DNA of 64,000 bases from positions 259,026-323,025 of the forward strand of contig JAEPMI010000002.1 in NCBI GenBank assembly GCA_017644045.1, read 5' to 3'. The notes under the pieces were generated by a model. The model had not been told where the DNA came from. It worked only from the letters and a program-made list of their open reading frames with translations, and searched no databases. The translations under genes were made by a program, and so were the position numbers. The DNA comes from Deltaproteobacteria bacterium. Its GTDB lineage: Bacteria; Myxococcota_A; Polyangia; Polyangiales; Houyiibacteriaceae. Below are positions 9,014 through 18,693 of this stretch, piece after piece; the first letter of the stretch is position 1, and every line of letters begins with the position of its first letter.

Positions 9014-9874
9014 TCAGAGCCAGACGAGGAACGCGGCCCAGCCGAGAATGCCGAACTGCGCGGCGGCCCCCTGGAGCAGGATGAAGCGCACGATGGCGGC
9101 GCGACCCCGGCCGAGACGGAAGGTGGCGATCACCGGGAGGGTGCCGAGCGCCGCGGCGAGCGGGTGCCCGAAGGCGCTCACGGCGCCGAGACCGGCGACG
9201 GTCAGCGCCAGGCAGTACCAGCGGCTGCTGTTCGGACCGAAACGAACCGGCCAGGTGCGCTTCTTCGCGCGCCGGTCGACGCCGACGTCGGGAAGCGCGG
9301 TGGCGACGTTGCCCGCGAAGCCGAAGAGGTAGGTGGCGAGCAGCGCGGGCCAGGGAAACGAGGCGAGCTCGCCCGCCTGGACCGCGAAGCCGAGGAGCGG
9401 GAGCACGACACCAACGCCGAGCGCCTGCAGGTGCTCGCCTCCGCCGCGGTAGGAGAGGCGCACGGGCGGGAAGCTGTACGCCCAGAGGAGCAAGCCCGCG
9501 GCGAGGGTCAGCGGCAGCACCCAGAACGAGCGCAGCACGCTCAGCACGACTCCCAGCGCGAGAAGCAACGCGTAGGCAGCGAGGGCGGCCCGCTTCAGCG
9601 CGGCCGGCCGGATCTTGCCCTCTTGAATGACGCCCGAGCCACCGCTGAACGGCGTCTTGGCGGAGCCACCGACGTCGTCGTCACGATCCGCGTAGTCGTT
9701 GCCCCAGACGATCACCAGCTGGTCGAGCACGGTCCAGGCGAAGAGCGCCACCAGCCAGGGCCAGCCGAAGCGCCCCGTGCGGTCGAAGGCGAGCGCCTGC
9801 CCGAGGAGCACGGGGCCGGCGAGGTTCGCCTGCGCCAGCGGGCGACTGGCCTGGATCCAGGAGCGGAGACTCAT
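9014..9874 (-). CDS. UbiA-family aromatic/polyprenyl prenyltransferase
   Basis: ATG at 9874. Polytopic membrane protein with two Asp-rich motifs (WGNDYADRDDD and LPDVGVDRRAKK). Lies 43 nt upstream of the ATPase pair on the same strand. Confidence 0.8.
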   Translation of the reverse strand: MSLRSWIQASRPLAQANLAGPVLLGQALAFDRTGRFGWPWLVALFAWTVLDQLVIVWGNDYADRDDDVGGSAKTPFSGGSGVIQEGKIRPAALKRAALAAYALLLALGVVLSVLRSFWVLPLTLAAGLLLWAYSFPPVRLSYRGGGEHLQALGVGVVLPLLGFAVQAGELASFPWPALLATYLFGFAGNVATALPDVGVDRRAKKRTWPVRFGPNSSRWYCLALTVAGLGAVSAFGHPLAAALGTLPVIATFRLGRGRAAIVRFILLQGAAAQFGILGWAAFLVWL

Positions 9875-9942
9875 GCGAGGGGGAGCATATCGCCGTCGAA
9901 CGGAAGGTCGACAAGGGCGAGGGCCGATGGGATAGCGGTCGG

Positions 9943-10566
9943 GTGGCGCGCTGGCTCGCATTCCTGGCTTCGGCGGTGCTCGGCGCCCGCGCCGTGGTCG
10001 ACGGGCTGCGCCTCCGCGGCGAGCTCCGCTACCATGCGCTCTTCGAGCGGAGCTTTCACCAGCCGCACCGTGTCGCGCGCGGCATGGCCGCGGTAGAGCA
10101 CGAGCTCGGGACCCTCGAGACGATCGCCGACGGGCTCCTGCTCGGCGCGGCGCTGACCTTCGGGGCGTGGCTCTTCCTGCGCTATCGAACGCTCGACGAG
10201 CGACGACGCGCACCGAGCTGGGCGCTCTGGTCCTGGCTCGTCCCCGGGCTGAACCTGGTCGAGCCATACCGGATCGTGCGCGAGGTCCACGCGGGGGGGC
10301 CGAGCGGCGCGACCGCACGCGCGCCGTGGCTGGTCTTCGGGTGGTGGAGCGGCTGGCTGCTCTACCTGGTGCTCCTGATCGGCGTGATCGCCGCCGAGGG
10401 TCGCGCGAGCGGCTACCTGAGCGCGGGCGAGCCGCTGAAGGCCTTCGAGCAGAGCGTGCTGGTCGCGCGGCTCGGCGTGGCTGTGGCGGCGGCGAGCCTG
10501 AGCGCGGCGGTGCTGGGGCTCGCGGTGGTCCTGACCACCGAGCGGCGCATCAGCGCGCGAGGTTGA
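9943..10566 (+). CDS. DUF4328-like membrane protein
   Basis: GTG start. WSWLVPGLNLVEPYRIVREV motif followed by W-rich TM segments, as in DUF4328 proteins. Confidence 0.6.
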   Translation: MARWLAFLASAVLGARAVVDGLRLRGELRYHALFERSFHQPHRVARGMAAVEHELGTLETIADGLLLGAALTFGAWLFLRYRTLDERRRAPSWALWSWLVPGLNLVEPYRIVREVHAGGPSGATARAPWLVFGWWSGWLLYLVLLIGVIAAEGRASGYLSAGEPLKAFEQSVLVARLGVAVAAASLSAAVLGLAVVLTTERRISARG

Positions 10567-11950
10567 GGTTCACGTACTCGTCCTCGCCCGTGACGTCGCG
10601 GACCAGGTGCGGCGCCATCCACGTCGGAATCGGAGGCCGGACGTCGGGGCTCGGGAGCTCCACCTCGGCCAGCACGAGCTCCCGGTCGAGGAACTCGTCC
10701 ACCACCCAGACCAGCGCGCCGTCGGGCACCGAGTAGCGACGCTTGTGAACCCGGCACCCTTCGGTCAGTGGCCACATCTGATCGAAGACCTCGGCGCTCG
10801 CCTCCTCTTCGACCTCGATCCGCTGGAGCCCCGATCCGCCCTTGATGGTGCGGAGTCGAGTGACGGTCCTTCCCTTGCGGACCTCACGGAGCCGCTCCCG
10901 GACCTTGTCGCCGGGGAGGTAGCCCTGCCGGAGCTCCTTCGAGGAGACCTTCGCGCCGCTGCCCGGGACCGGTTCCCCCTTGGCGAGAAAGGGCGGCAGC
11001 TGCTCGAGCAGGTACTTGCGCTCCGTCTCCGTCTGTCGCGCTCCGTCGAGAGCGCGCGCGAACCACTCGATCGAGTCGACGAGCGCGTCGAGCTGCTCGC
11101 CGAGGAACTCCGCTTCGAGCTCGCCGAACGCCCGCTCGAGCTCCGCGTCGGTGCCCTCCTGCAACGCGAGCACACCCGGGAGATGCGCGGGCTTCGCCTC
11201 GGCCGCCGCGGCCTTCAGGGTGGCCTGGAAGACGTGCATGTCCTGGATGTGGCCAAGGACGTCCTGCAGCCGCTTGCATCGCTTCACGATCGCGATCGCA
11301 CGCGCGTCGGACACCCGCGCGGGCTCGACCAGGTAGCGCAAACGCTTGGTGGCGATGCGCGCGGTGTGCAGCGGCTCCTGGTCGTCCACGCTGCGCGCGG
11401 CGGCGAGCAGGTCCGCGAGTGTAGCGACGTGTTCCCGGGCGAGGCCGGCGAGGACCGCACCATAGGTCGCGTCCTCGGTCACCAGCGACACGGTCGCGTG
11501 ACCCAGCGGGTCGCGCAGCTTCTGATCGAGCCTGGCGAAGCGCTTGCGCGCCTTCTTCACACCTCTCGTGCTCGCCGCGGCGAGCGTGGCTTCGAGGGAC
11601 TCGCGGAGCGAGTCGATGCCTGCCTTGGCGTCGACGCTGGCGATCGGCTTCGCGAGCCTCTCGAGGTGCTCGATCTGCACTTCGGTATCGCGCGCACCAC
11701 CGGTCCACTTCTGCAGCTCCTTGAACTGATCGCGCCGCTTCTTCTCGATCGCGTCACCCAGGTGCCGCTCGTGTGCGCGGGCCAGGCTGCGGAGCCGACG
11801 CACCGCCACGCGGAAGTCGTGCAGTGCTTCTTCGTCGCTCGGGTCGTCCATCCGAGCGCTGGCGGCGTTGGCCTCGTCGAGCAGGGAGAGCGCGATGCGC
11901 CGAGTGGCCTCGACCGCGGGTCGGAGGAGGAGGTCGTCGGGGAGTCCCAT
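10550..11950 (-). CDS. CHAD domain + CYTH (triphosphate tunnel metalloenzyme) domain protein
   Basis: N-terminal CHAD pattern (EALHDFRVAVRRLRS...TKRLRYLVE). C-terminal CYTH starts ERKYLLEQLP and ends LAEVELPS. ATG at 11950 preferred; an alternative GTG lies at 11977. Confidence 0.8.
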   Translation of the reverse strand: MGLPDDLLLRPAVEATRRIALSLLDEANAASARMDDPSDEEALHDFRVAVRRLRSLARAHERHLGDAIEKKRRDQFKELQKWTGGARDTEVQIEHLERLAKPIASVDAKAGIDSLRESLEATLAAASTRGVKKARKRFARLDQKLRDPLGHATVSLVTEDATYGAVLAGLAREHVATLADLLAAARSVDDQEPLHTARIATKRLRYLVEPARVSDARAIAIVKRCKRLQDVLGHIQDMHVFQATLKAAAAEAKPAHLPGVLALQEGTDAELERAFGELEAEFLGEQLDALVDSIEWFARALDGARQTETERKYLLEQLPPFLAKGEPVPGSGAKVSSKELRQGYLPGDKVRERLREVRKGRTVTRLRTIKGGSGLQRIEVEEEASAEVFDQMWPLTEGCRVHKRRYSVPDGALVWVVDEFLDRELVLAEVELPSPDVRPPIPTWMAPHLVRDVTGEDEYVNLNLAR

Positions 11951-12031
11951 CGTGCGGATGGTCCCCGTGACGACCACGCGTCACAAGCATTCGAATGTGA
12001 CAATTCCCGAGGCGCGGGAACGCAGAACCGA

Positions 12032-12883
12032 TCAGCGAGTCGCGTCGGCCGCAGCCGCCTCGGCGCTCAGCTCTCCCTCGAGCACTCTGCGCACGCGAGG
12101 GTCGTCGACCGCACGCATGTGGGTCGCGGCGCGGCCACGGCGAAGAGCGATGAGCTCCGCCACGACACTCACGCCGATCTCCGCCGGAGACACCGCCCCG
12201 AGGTCGAGACCGACGGGCGCGTAGACCCCGTCGAGCGGAGGGAGCCGGTCCTTCGCCTGCAGTCGCTGGAGGATGCGGAAGACCTTCCGCTTGCTCCCGA
12301 TCATCCCGACGTAGCGATGCGGACGAGCGCCGAACGCGGCCAGCGCCTCTTCGTCGACGTGATGGTCGTGGGTGACGATCAGCACCCAATCGGCGTCGGT
12401 GGGCTCGAGCGCCTCGGCCGCTTCCGCGGGCTCCATCCGGAGCAACGCGCAGCCGCCGAAGCGTTCTTCGGTCAGCAGCTCCTCGCGGTCGTCCACGACC
12501 GTCACCGCGAACCCGGCTTGCCGCGCGATGGCCGCCGTGGGCATCGCCACGTGACCAGCGCCGCAGATGATGAGCCGCGGCTCCCCTTCGATCGCTTCCA
12601 CCAGCACCTCCATCCCACCGCCACAGCACATGCCATGGTCGCGACCCAGGTCCCGCTCGAGGACTCGGGAGCGTCCGTCGCGAAGGCAGCGGGCGAGCGC
12701 CTCGAGGACGAACTGCTCGATGGCCCCGCCGCCGACCGTACCCACCTGCGAGCCGTCTGGCCGCAGGAGCATCCGCGCGCCCACCCGCTGCGGGGCGCTC
12801 CCGCGCGTTCGGATCACCGTGGCGAGCGCACCTCGGCCACCACTGCGCAGCAGCGCGAGCATGGCTTCGGTCACCTCGAGCAT
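12032..12883 (-). CDS. XdhC/CoxI-family accessory protein
   Basis: N-terminal XdhC pattern (ALATVIRTRGSAPQRVGARMLLRPDGSQVGTVGGGAIE) and a Rossmann-like RLIICGAGHVAMPTAAIA. Confidence 0.85.
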   Translation of the reverse strand: MLEVTEAMLALLRSGGRGALATVIRTRGSAPQRVGARMLLRPDGSQVGTVGGGAIEQFVLEALARCLRDGRSRVLERDLGRDHGMCCGGGMEVLVEAIEGEPRLIICGAGHVAMPTAAIARQAGFAVTVVDDREELLTEERFGGCALLRMEPAEAAEALEPTDADWVLIVTHDHHVDEEALAAFGARPHRYVGMIGSKRKVFRILQRLQAKDRLPPLDGVYAPVGLDLGAVSPAEIGVSVVAELIALRRGRAATHMRAVDDPRVRRVLEGELSAEAAAADATR

Positions 12884-12963
12884 CCGGTCACTCTAGCAGG
12901 GCGCCAGTCGGGCCCACCTGTCGATTCTTGGACCGATGGATCCCGGCGAACGATGCTCATCCC

Positions 12964-13161
12964 ATGGACCGCCGCCGCCAGATCACCAAGCACGTCACCG
13001 CCCGTGCCCGCAAGGAAGCCACCGCCACCTGGAAGATGGCCAGCTTCGAGGAGCCCGAGACCATCCCGGGCACCCTCGCCTGCCCCGTCGCCGAGGCGCC
13101 CACCAAGCCACCGAAGATCCGCAAGGAGCGCCGCTGGCTCGCCGCGCTCCGTCGCTTCTGA
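12964..13161 (+). CDS. small basic hypothetical protein (65 aa)
   Basis: ATG at 12964 (MDRRRQITKHV...). Nearly every codon ends in G/C. No recognisable domain. Confidence 0.5.
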   Translation: MDRRRQITKHVTARARKEATATWKMASFEEPETIPGTLACPVAEAPTKPPKIRKERRWLAALRRF

Positions 13162-13168
13162 GGCGCTT

Positions 13169-13936
13169 CTAGAACGCGGAGCGCGCACCCTCGAGGCCGA
13201 AGCCGAGGAGCTCCACGGTGTGGCCGCCGGCCTTGTCCCGGAACTTCACCATGCCCGTCACGGGCACGGCGGGGTGGTGCCAGACGTCGGCCTCGATCTG
13301 CTGGCCCGCGAACTCGAGGGTGGTCTCCGAACGGCGTGCGTCGGGGAAAGTGCCCGCCCTGACGGTCACCTCTTCGGGCTCGCCGCTCAGCGGTCCGGGA
13401 AAGAGCATCTGCAGCCACTGCGCGAGCACCGGCTGGTAGTTGGGCAGGAGCCGCTCCTGCACGTCTTCGCGAGGCTGCCCCTGCCGATGGAACGAGAGCG
13501 CGAGGAGCTCGACGTCATCGCCATTCGGTCGGACCTGCATGCGGACGTGGTTCTGGCGGTTGCCGCGGCGGTCGGTGACCTCGAACCACCAGGTGTCGTT
13601 CTGCCGGTCGACGAAGCGGTACTCGGTGGTTGACCGGGCGCCTTCGCGCCAGGTCACGCCGTAGCGAACCCACTGACCGATGGCGGGCGCGATCATCTCG
13701 GCGCCGTCTTCGGCGGGGTCGAAGAGGCGGCCCGGTTCTTCTGGTTCCGACTCCGACTCGGACGCCGACTCCGACTCGGACGCCGACTCCGACTCGGACG
13801 CCGACTCGGACGCCGACTCGGACGCCGACGCCGACGCCGACTCCGACTCCGACTCCGACGCCGACTCTTGGGCCGACTCCGACTCGCCGGAGCAGGCCAC
13901 GAGCAGCATCAGGATCCACGGCAGCGGCGCACGCAT
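13169..13936 (-). CDS. lipoprotein with (SE/SA)n linker, unknown function
   Basis: ATG at 13936. Lipobox LLVAC. About 40 aa of S-E/S-A repeats, then a globular domain. Confidence 0.75.
   Translation of the reverse strand: MRAPLPWILMLLVACSGESESAQESASESESESASASASESASESASESESASESESASESESEPEEPGRLFDPAEDGAEMIAPAIGQWVRYGVTWREGARSTTEYRFVDRQNDTWWFEVTDRRGNRQNHVRMQVRPNGDDVELLALSFHRQGQPREDVQERLLPNYQPVLAQWLQMLFPGPLSGEPEEVTVRAGTFPDARRSETTLEFAGQQIEADVWHHPAVPVTGMVKFRDKAGGHTVELLGFGLEGARSAF
13747..13886. repeat. CCGACT/CCGACG/CGGACG hexanucleotide microsatellite (coding, in frame)
   Basis: Tandem hexamers are visible directly. They encode the SE/SA linker of the lipoprotein on the minus strand. Confidence 0.9.
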
Positions 13937-14005
13937 CGTCCACGCCCTACCACGCGATTCGCCGAAGCGCTTGCTGTGGCCGGGCGAGCATGACAGCAAT
14001 CGACC

Positions 14006-14950
14006 GTGGCATCGCTGAAGCACTTGGTGCGTGATTCATTGGCCTGGGGCCTCGAACGCACGGGTCTGACCGGGGCGAAGAAGCGAGCGTTGACCATCGC
14101 CACCTTTCACCGGGTCCTCCCGGCCGAGCTCCGCGCGACCTATCCCTTCCCCGGGTTGGCCGTCACTCCCGAGGAGCTGGACTTCTTCCTCACGTTCTTT
14201 CGGGCTCGCTACACGTGCGGGACCCTCGCCGAGAGCTGGGACCGCTTCCGCCGCGGCGACCGCCCGGAGCGACCGCTGCTCGCGCTGACCTTCGACGACG
14301 GTCAGCAGGACAACGTCGACCATGCGCTTCCGGTGCTCCGACGACACGGTCTGAAGGCGAGCTTCTACCTGCCGACCGACCTGATCGAAGAGCGGACGCT
14401 CATCTGGCACGACCGCGTCGGCTTTGCGCTGCGAGCGATGGGCGAGTCACCCGACGCGATCGCCGAGCGCACCGAGGCGCTCAAGCCGCTCGACCCCGAG
14501 CACCGCGAGGCGGAGGTCGACGCGCTCGAACGCATCGCGGGCGCGACGCCGCCCGAGTGGGCGCGGCTGATGACGTGGGAGGGCGCCGAGCAGCTCCTCA
14601 CCGAGGGCCACGAGATCGGCTCCCACTCACTGCGCCACCCACTGCTTCCGACCTGCAGCGACACCCGCCTGCGCGCCGAGCTCGTCGAGTCGAAGGCCGC
14701 GATCGAAAAGCGTCTCGGCATCCGGGTGCAGACTTTCTGCTACCCCAACGGCGACGCCGACGAGCGAGTCGCCGCTGCGACCGCGGCCGCCGGCTACGAG
14801 TGCGCGGTCACGACGACCTGGGGGACCAACCACCCCTCCGCGCCGCCCTTCCTGCTCCGCCGCTGCGACATGCACCCGTTCCATACGCGCGACCGCCACG
14901 GCATCCTGAGCTCGGCGCAGCTGCAGTTCCGGCTCTCCAGGCAGCTCTGA
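14006..14950 (+). CDS. polysaccharide deacetylase (NodB-homology) family protein
   Basis: [28 protein letters not shown] and HSLRHP motifs. Confidence 0.85.
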   Translation: MASLKHLVRDSLAWGLERTGLTGAKKRALTIATFHRVLPAELRATYPFPGLAVTPEELDFFLTFFRARYTCGTLAESWDRFRRGDRPERPLLALTFDDGQQDNVDHALPVLRRHGLKASFYLPTDLIEERTLIWHDRVGFALRAMGESPDAIAERTEALKPLDPEHREAEVDALERIAGATPPEWARLMTWEGAEQLLTEGHEIGSHSLRHPLLPTCSDTRLRAELVESKAAIEKRLGIRVQTFCYPNGDADERVAAATAAAGYECAVTTTWGTNHPSAPPFLLRRCDMHPFHTRDRHGILSSAQLQFRLSRQL

Positions 14951-15185
14951 CCCAGGCTTCCATGGTCCCGTTGTGCCCTTGTTCTCGCACAAAGGCACGG
15001 GGAGCACGGAGTTTCACAAAGGGGTCGAATGGAGGTGGTTCGAGTCAGCGCTGACCGGGTCGACGACGACGCAGCGTTTCACATCACACCCGGCGCGATT
15101 CCACCCCTTCTTCCCTTCGTGTGACTTCGTGTTCTTCGTGCCTTTGTGCGAGAACAAGAGTCCAACGGGCACCGTGAAGCCTGGG
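14951..15185. repeat. 235-bp long imperfect palindrome (MITE-like element or bidirectional terminator)
   Basis: The 49-nt termini are inverted repeats: 14951-14999 versus the reverse complement of 15137-15185, 41/49 identical by hand alignment, including a perfect 21-mer TTGTTCTCGCACAAAGGCACG. The arms keep pairing further inward. The interior is less GC-rich than the flanks. Confidence 0.75.
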
Positions 15186-15200
15186 CAGCCTGGGGCAGCG

Positions 15201-16379
15201 TCAGCGAAGGGCAGCAAGGTGCGAGACCCGACGGTCGAAGCTCTTCTCGTAGGTGTGCTCGCGCGCGAAGCGGAGCGCCTCACGCGTCCGCTCGGCGAGG
15301 ATCGAGCGCTGGTGATGCGCTTCCTCGACGCGGGCTGCGAGAGCGTCGACGTCGCCGAGCGGCGCGCGCCAGCCCGCGGCGACGCGGTCGAGGATGCCGG
15401 CCCAGGCCTCGTTGGCGAAGCCGGCGATGGGGACCCCCGCGGCCATCGTCTCGAGGTAGGTGCAGCTCGGATCACCCTGCAGGTGCGGGCAGACGAAGAG
15501 GTCGACCTGCTCCTTCACGAAGGGCACGAGCTCGCTCTGGAAGTCGAGCACGCCGAGCATCTTCACCTGGCCCTCGAGGCCGCGCTCGGCGATCTCGGCG
15601 CGCATCTGCTCGGCGTCGCGCCCGTCGCCGCAGATGCTCATCTCGAAGGGCACGCCGCGGTCGCGCAGCGCCGACCCGAGGGCCGGCAGGTGCCGGGCGC
15701 CCTTCATCGGGTCGAGGCGGCCGGTGAACGCGAGCTTCAGCGGCTCTCCCGCGGCCACGCGCTTCAGCCGTGCCTCGAGCGCTGCGTCTCCGAGCACGTC
15801 CCGGTCGCGGGTTCGGGTATCGAAGAAGAGCAGCGTGTTCGGGTTCTCGGGCGCGTAGGCCTCGTAGGTCGGCGTGCCATTGCACTGCACGCCCGCCGCC
15901 GCGCGCACGGTGCGGAGGTTGGCTCGCTCCTGGCCCGCCTCCCACTGCTTCCGGCGCACGCTCTTGAGCCAGCCCACCGGACCCGGCTCACGATCGGCCT
16001 CCGCAATTTGGTAGCGCGTGGTGAGCGTGTACTCGCTGGTGGTCGCGAAGGGGACGCCGAGCTCGCGCGCCTTCTCGGCCAAGCCGTTCTGGCGATGACC
16101 GAGGCCGCCGAGGATCACGCCGGCGTCCGCCATGCGCCGATCGAAGGCCGCGCCCTCGAAGGGCAGCACCTCGAGCCCCCAAGCGAGCTCGCGGGGATCG
16201 ACGAGGGTGTCGTCGAGGTTCTCGGTGCCGCCCGCGCGTGGCTCCATGATCACGCGAACCGTTCCCTCCCAGCGCGAGGCGAACGCCTCGACCCCCGTGT
16301 GGAACTTCCCGGTCACGTTGATGGTCCCGTCCGCACGCTGCTCGGCGTTCAGCGAAGGCAGGAGCAACAGCTCGCTCAT
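15201..16379 (-). CDS. glycosyltransferase, GT4-like
   Basis: ATG at 16379 overlaps the rmlD stop (ATGA). C-terminal GT-B pattern LKLAFTGRLDPMKG...DLFVCPHLQGDPSCTYLETMAAGVPIAG. Confidence 0.8.
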   Translation of the reverse strand: MSELLLLPSLNAEQRADGTINVTGKFHTGVEAFASRWEGTVRVIMEPRAGGTENLDDTLVDPRELAWGLEVLPFEGAAFDRRMADAGVILGGLGHRQNGLAEKARELGVPFATTSEYTLTTRYQIAEADREPGPVGWLKSVRRKQWEAGQERANLRTVRAAAGVQCNGTPTYEAYAPENPNTLLFFDTRTRDRDVLGDAALEARLKRVAAGEPLKLAFTGRLDPMKGARHLPALGSALRDRGVPFEMSICGDGRDAEQMRAEIAERGLEGQVKMLGVLDFQSELVPFVKEQVDLFVCPHLQGDPSCTYLETMAAGVPIAGFANEAWAGILDRVAAGWRAPLGDVDALAARVEEAHHQRSILAERTREALRFAREHTYEKSFDRRVSHLAALR

Positions 16380-17236
16380 ACGGGCTCCAGCCGCGCCATC
16401 ACGTCGGCGACGTTGCGCCGCCAGTCCGTCATCGACCCGACGATGGCCTCCGCGCCGCTCAGGTCGAGCACGCTGTAAGGCGGCCGCTTCGCGGGGCGCG
16501 GGAACTCGTCGGTGGTGCACTTGGCGATGGCGCACTCCGCGCCCTGCGCGTCGCGCACCGCTTCGGCGAGCCCGTGCCAGGTGCACTCGCCGCCGTCGGT
16601 CACGTGGAAGGTGCCGCGGGCGCCCTTCTGGTAGAGCGCCCAGCTGGTGCGCGCGAGGTGCTCGGCGCTCGTCGGTCGACCGCGTTGGTCGTCGACGACC
16701 TTCAGCTCGTCGCGCTCGGCGGTGAGCTTGGCCATCGTGCGCACGAAGTTCTGACCCCAGGGCGCGTAGACCCAGCTGGTCCTGACGAGCAGGTGGTCGG
16801 CCCCCGACTCGCGCAGCGCCGCCTCACCTACAGCCTTGCTGCGCCCGTAGGCGTTGACCGGCGCGATCGGCGCGTCGACCGGGTACGGCTCGGGCTCCGC
16901 GTCACCGAAGCCGCTGCCGTCGAAGACGTAGTCGGTCGAGAAGTGGATCAGGGTCGCACCGGCCTCGGCGCACCGCTTGCCGATGACGCCCACGGCCTCA
17001 CCGTTGATCTGGGTCGCGAGCGTCTCGTTCTCTTCGGCGCCGTCCACGTTGGTGTAGGCGGCGCAGCAAACCACGACGTCGGCGCCGGCCGCGGTGAAGC
17101 GAGCGAGCGAGTCGGGGTCGGCGAGATCGAGGGTGTCCATACCCACCGCCGTCACCTTCACGCCCTCGTTCTCGAAGAGCTTGGTGAAGGCCGTGCCGAC
17201 CATCCCGTCGTGACCGATGAGGATCGCGTGGGTCAT
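16376..17236 (-). CDS. rmlD: dTDP-4-dehydrorhamnose reductase
   Basis: ILIGHDGMVGTAF...CAAYTNVDGAE...STDYVFDG, typical of RmlD. Confidence 0.9.
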   Translation of the reverse strand: MTHAILIGHDGMVGTAFTKLFENEGVKVTAVGMDTLDLADPDSLARFTAAGADVVVCCAAYTNVDGAEENETLATQINGEAVGVIGKRCAEAGATLIHFSTDYVFDGSGFGDAEPEPYPVDAPIAPVNAYGRSKAVGEAALRESGADHLLVRTSWVYAPWGQNFVRTMAKLTAERDELKVVDDQRGRPTSAEHLARTSWALYQKGARGTFHVTDGGECTWHGLAEAVRDAQGAECAIAKCTTDEFPRPAKRPPYSVLDLSGAEAIVGSMTDWRRNVADVMARLEPV

Positions 17237-17239
17237 CGC

Positions 17240-17821
17240 TCAGCCCACGTACTTCGGAAGCCGGGCCTCGTCGATGTCGGCCAGCTTCGGGTTCGCCAGA
17301 TCCTTGTCGCTGAGCACCGGGGTCACGGCCAGCGGCCACTCGATGCCGACGTCGGGATCGTCCCACGCCACGCCGAGCTCGGTCTCCGGGTGATAGAGGT
17401 CGGTGCACTTGTACGCGAAGATCGCCGACTCGCTGAGCACCTGATAGCCGTGCGCGAACCCCGGCGGTACCCAGAGCTGTCGATGGCTCACGGCGTCGAG
17501 CCGCGCCCCGACCCACGTTCCGAAGGAGGGCGAGCCGACGCGAACGTCGATGGCCACATCGAAGACCTCCCCCTCCACGCAGCTCACGAGCTTCCCCTGC
17601 CCGTGCGGCTCCTGCAGGTGCATCCCGCGGAGGATCCCCTGGCTCGACTTCGCCATGTTGTCCTGGACGAACTCGAGCGGCGAGCCATCCGGCGCCACAC
17701 CAACGCCCGCCTCGCGGTACCGCTCGACCTGGAAGGTCTCGACGAAGAAGCCGCGGTGGTCGCCGAAGACCTTCGGCTCCACGAGGATGACCTCCGGGAT
17801 GGCGAGCCGCTCGACCTTCAT
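17240..17821 (-). CDS. rmlC: dTDP-4-dehydrorhamnose 3,5-epimerase
   Basis: [12 protein letters not shown]...RGMHLQ...[10 protein letters not shown] motifs. ATGA overlap with the rmlA stop. Confidence 0.95.
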   Translation of the reverse strand: MKVERLAIPEVILVEPKVFGDHRGFFVETFQVERYREAGVGVAPDGSPLEFVQDNMAKSSQGILRGMHLQEPHGQGKLVSCVEGEVFDVAIDVRVGSPSFGTWVGARLDAVSHRQLWVPPGFAHGYQVLSESAIFAYKCTDLYHPETELGVAWDDPDVGIEWPLAVTPVLSDKDLANPKLADIDEARLPKYVG

Positions 17822-18693
17822 CCGTGCTCCGCGATCTCGAGCAGGTACTGGCCGTAGCGCGTCTTGTGCAGCTCCTGGCCGCGCGCCCGAAGCACGTCCG
17901 CACCGATCCATCCCTTGCGGAAGGCGATCTCCTCGGGACACGCGATCTGCAGCCCCTGCCGGTCCTGGACCGTCTGCACGAAGCTCGACGCCTGGAGCAG
18001 GTTCTCGGGCGTACCGGTGTCGAGCCACGCGACGCCGCGACCGAGCTTCTCGAGCCGGAGCTGCTGCTTCTCGAGGTAGAGTCGGTTCAGGTCCGTGATC
18101 TCCAACTCGCCGCGCGCGGAGGGTTTCAGCGCCTTCGCGAGCTCCACGACCTGGTTGTCGTAGAAGTAGAGCCCGGCCACCGCGTAGTTGCTCTTGGGCT
18201 TCGCCGGCTTCTCCTCGAGGCCGATCACGAGGCCGCTCTCGTCGAACTCCGCCACGCCGTACGCCGTCGGGTTCTGCACGTGGTAGCCGAAGACGGTCGC
18301 GCCCTCGTCGCGCTTCGCGGCGTCGACGAGCAGGCCCTGCAGGCCATGGCCGTAGAAGATGTTGTCGCCGAGCACGAGCGCGCAGGCGTCGCCGCCGATG
18401 AACTCCTCGCCGATGACGAACGCCTGGGCGAGTCCGTCGGGGCTGGGCTGCACGGCGTAGGAGATGTCCATCCCCCACTGCGAGCCGTCGCCGAGCAGCT
18501 TCTGGAAGAGCTCCGACTCGTGCGGCGTGTTGATGACCAACACCTCGCGGATGCCCGCCAGCATCAGCGTGCTGAGCGGGTAATAGACCATCGGCTTGTC
18601 GTAGATGCTCAGCAGCTGCTTGCTGACCGCGATGGTCAAGGGGTGCAGCCGGGTGCCGGAGCCGCCCGCGAGGATGATGCCCTTCTCGATCAC
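17818..18693 (-). CDS. rmlA: glucose-1-phosphate thymidylyltransferase
   Basis: [17 protein letters not shown]...[28 protein letters not shown] at 18693 overlaps the rmlB stop (GTGA). Confidence 0.95.
   Translation of the reverse strand: MIEKGIILAGGSGTRLHPLTIAVSKQLLSIYDKPMVYYPLSTLMLAGIREVLVINTPHESELFQKLLGDGSQWGMDISYAVQPSPDGLAQAFVIGEEFIGGDACALVLGDNIFYGHGLQGLLVDAAKRDEGATVFGYHVQNPTAYGVAEFDESGLVIGLEEKPAKPKSNYAVAGLYFYDNQVVELAKALKPSARGELEITDLNRLYLEKQQLRLEKLGRGVAWLDTGTPENLLQASSFVQTVQDRQGLQIACPEEIAFRKGWIGADVLRARGQELHKTRYGQYLLEIAEHG

Noticed and set aside
12936-13172. Alternative 78-aa frame overlapping the small basic protein gene
   Set aside because: The competing frame at 12964-13161 has almost exclusively G/C-ending codons and a cleaner start. 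Only one of the two can be real.
10607-13633. 1008-aa plus-strand ORF, the longest in the track
   Set aside because: It runs antisense to the well-supported CHAD-CYTH and XdhC genes and to the lipoprotein gene. The translation is Arg/Gly/Glu/Leu-rich with no motifs. It is a typical stop-codon-poor antisense frame of a very GC-rich genome.
14973-16478. 501-aa plus-strand ORF starting inside the long inverted repeat
   Set aside because: It begins in the non-coding palindrome and then runs antisense to the GT4 gene. The N-terminal peptide merely mirrors the two repeat arms (PLFSHKGT... and ...VPLCENKS).
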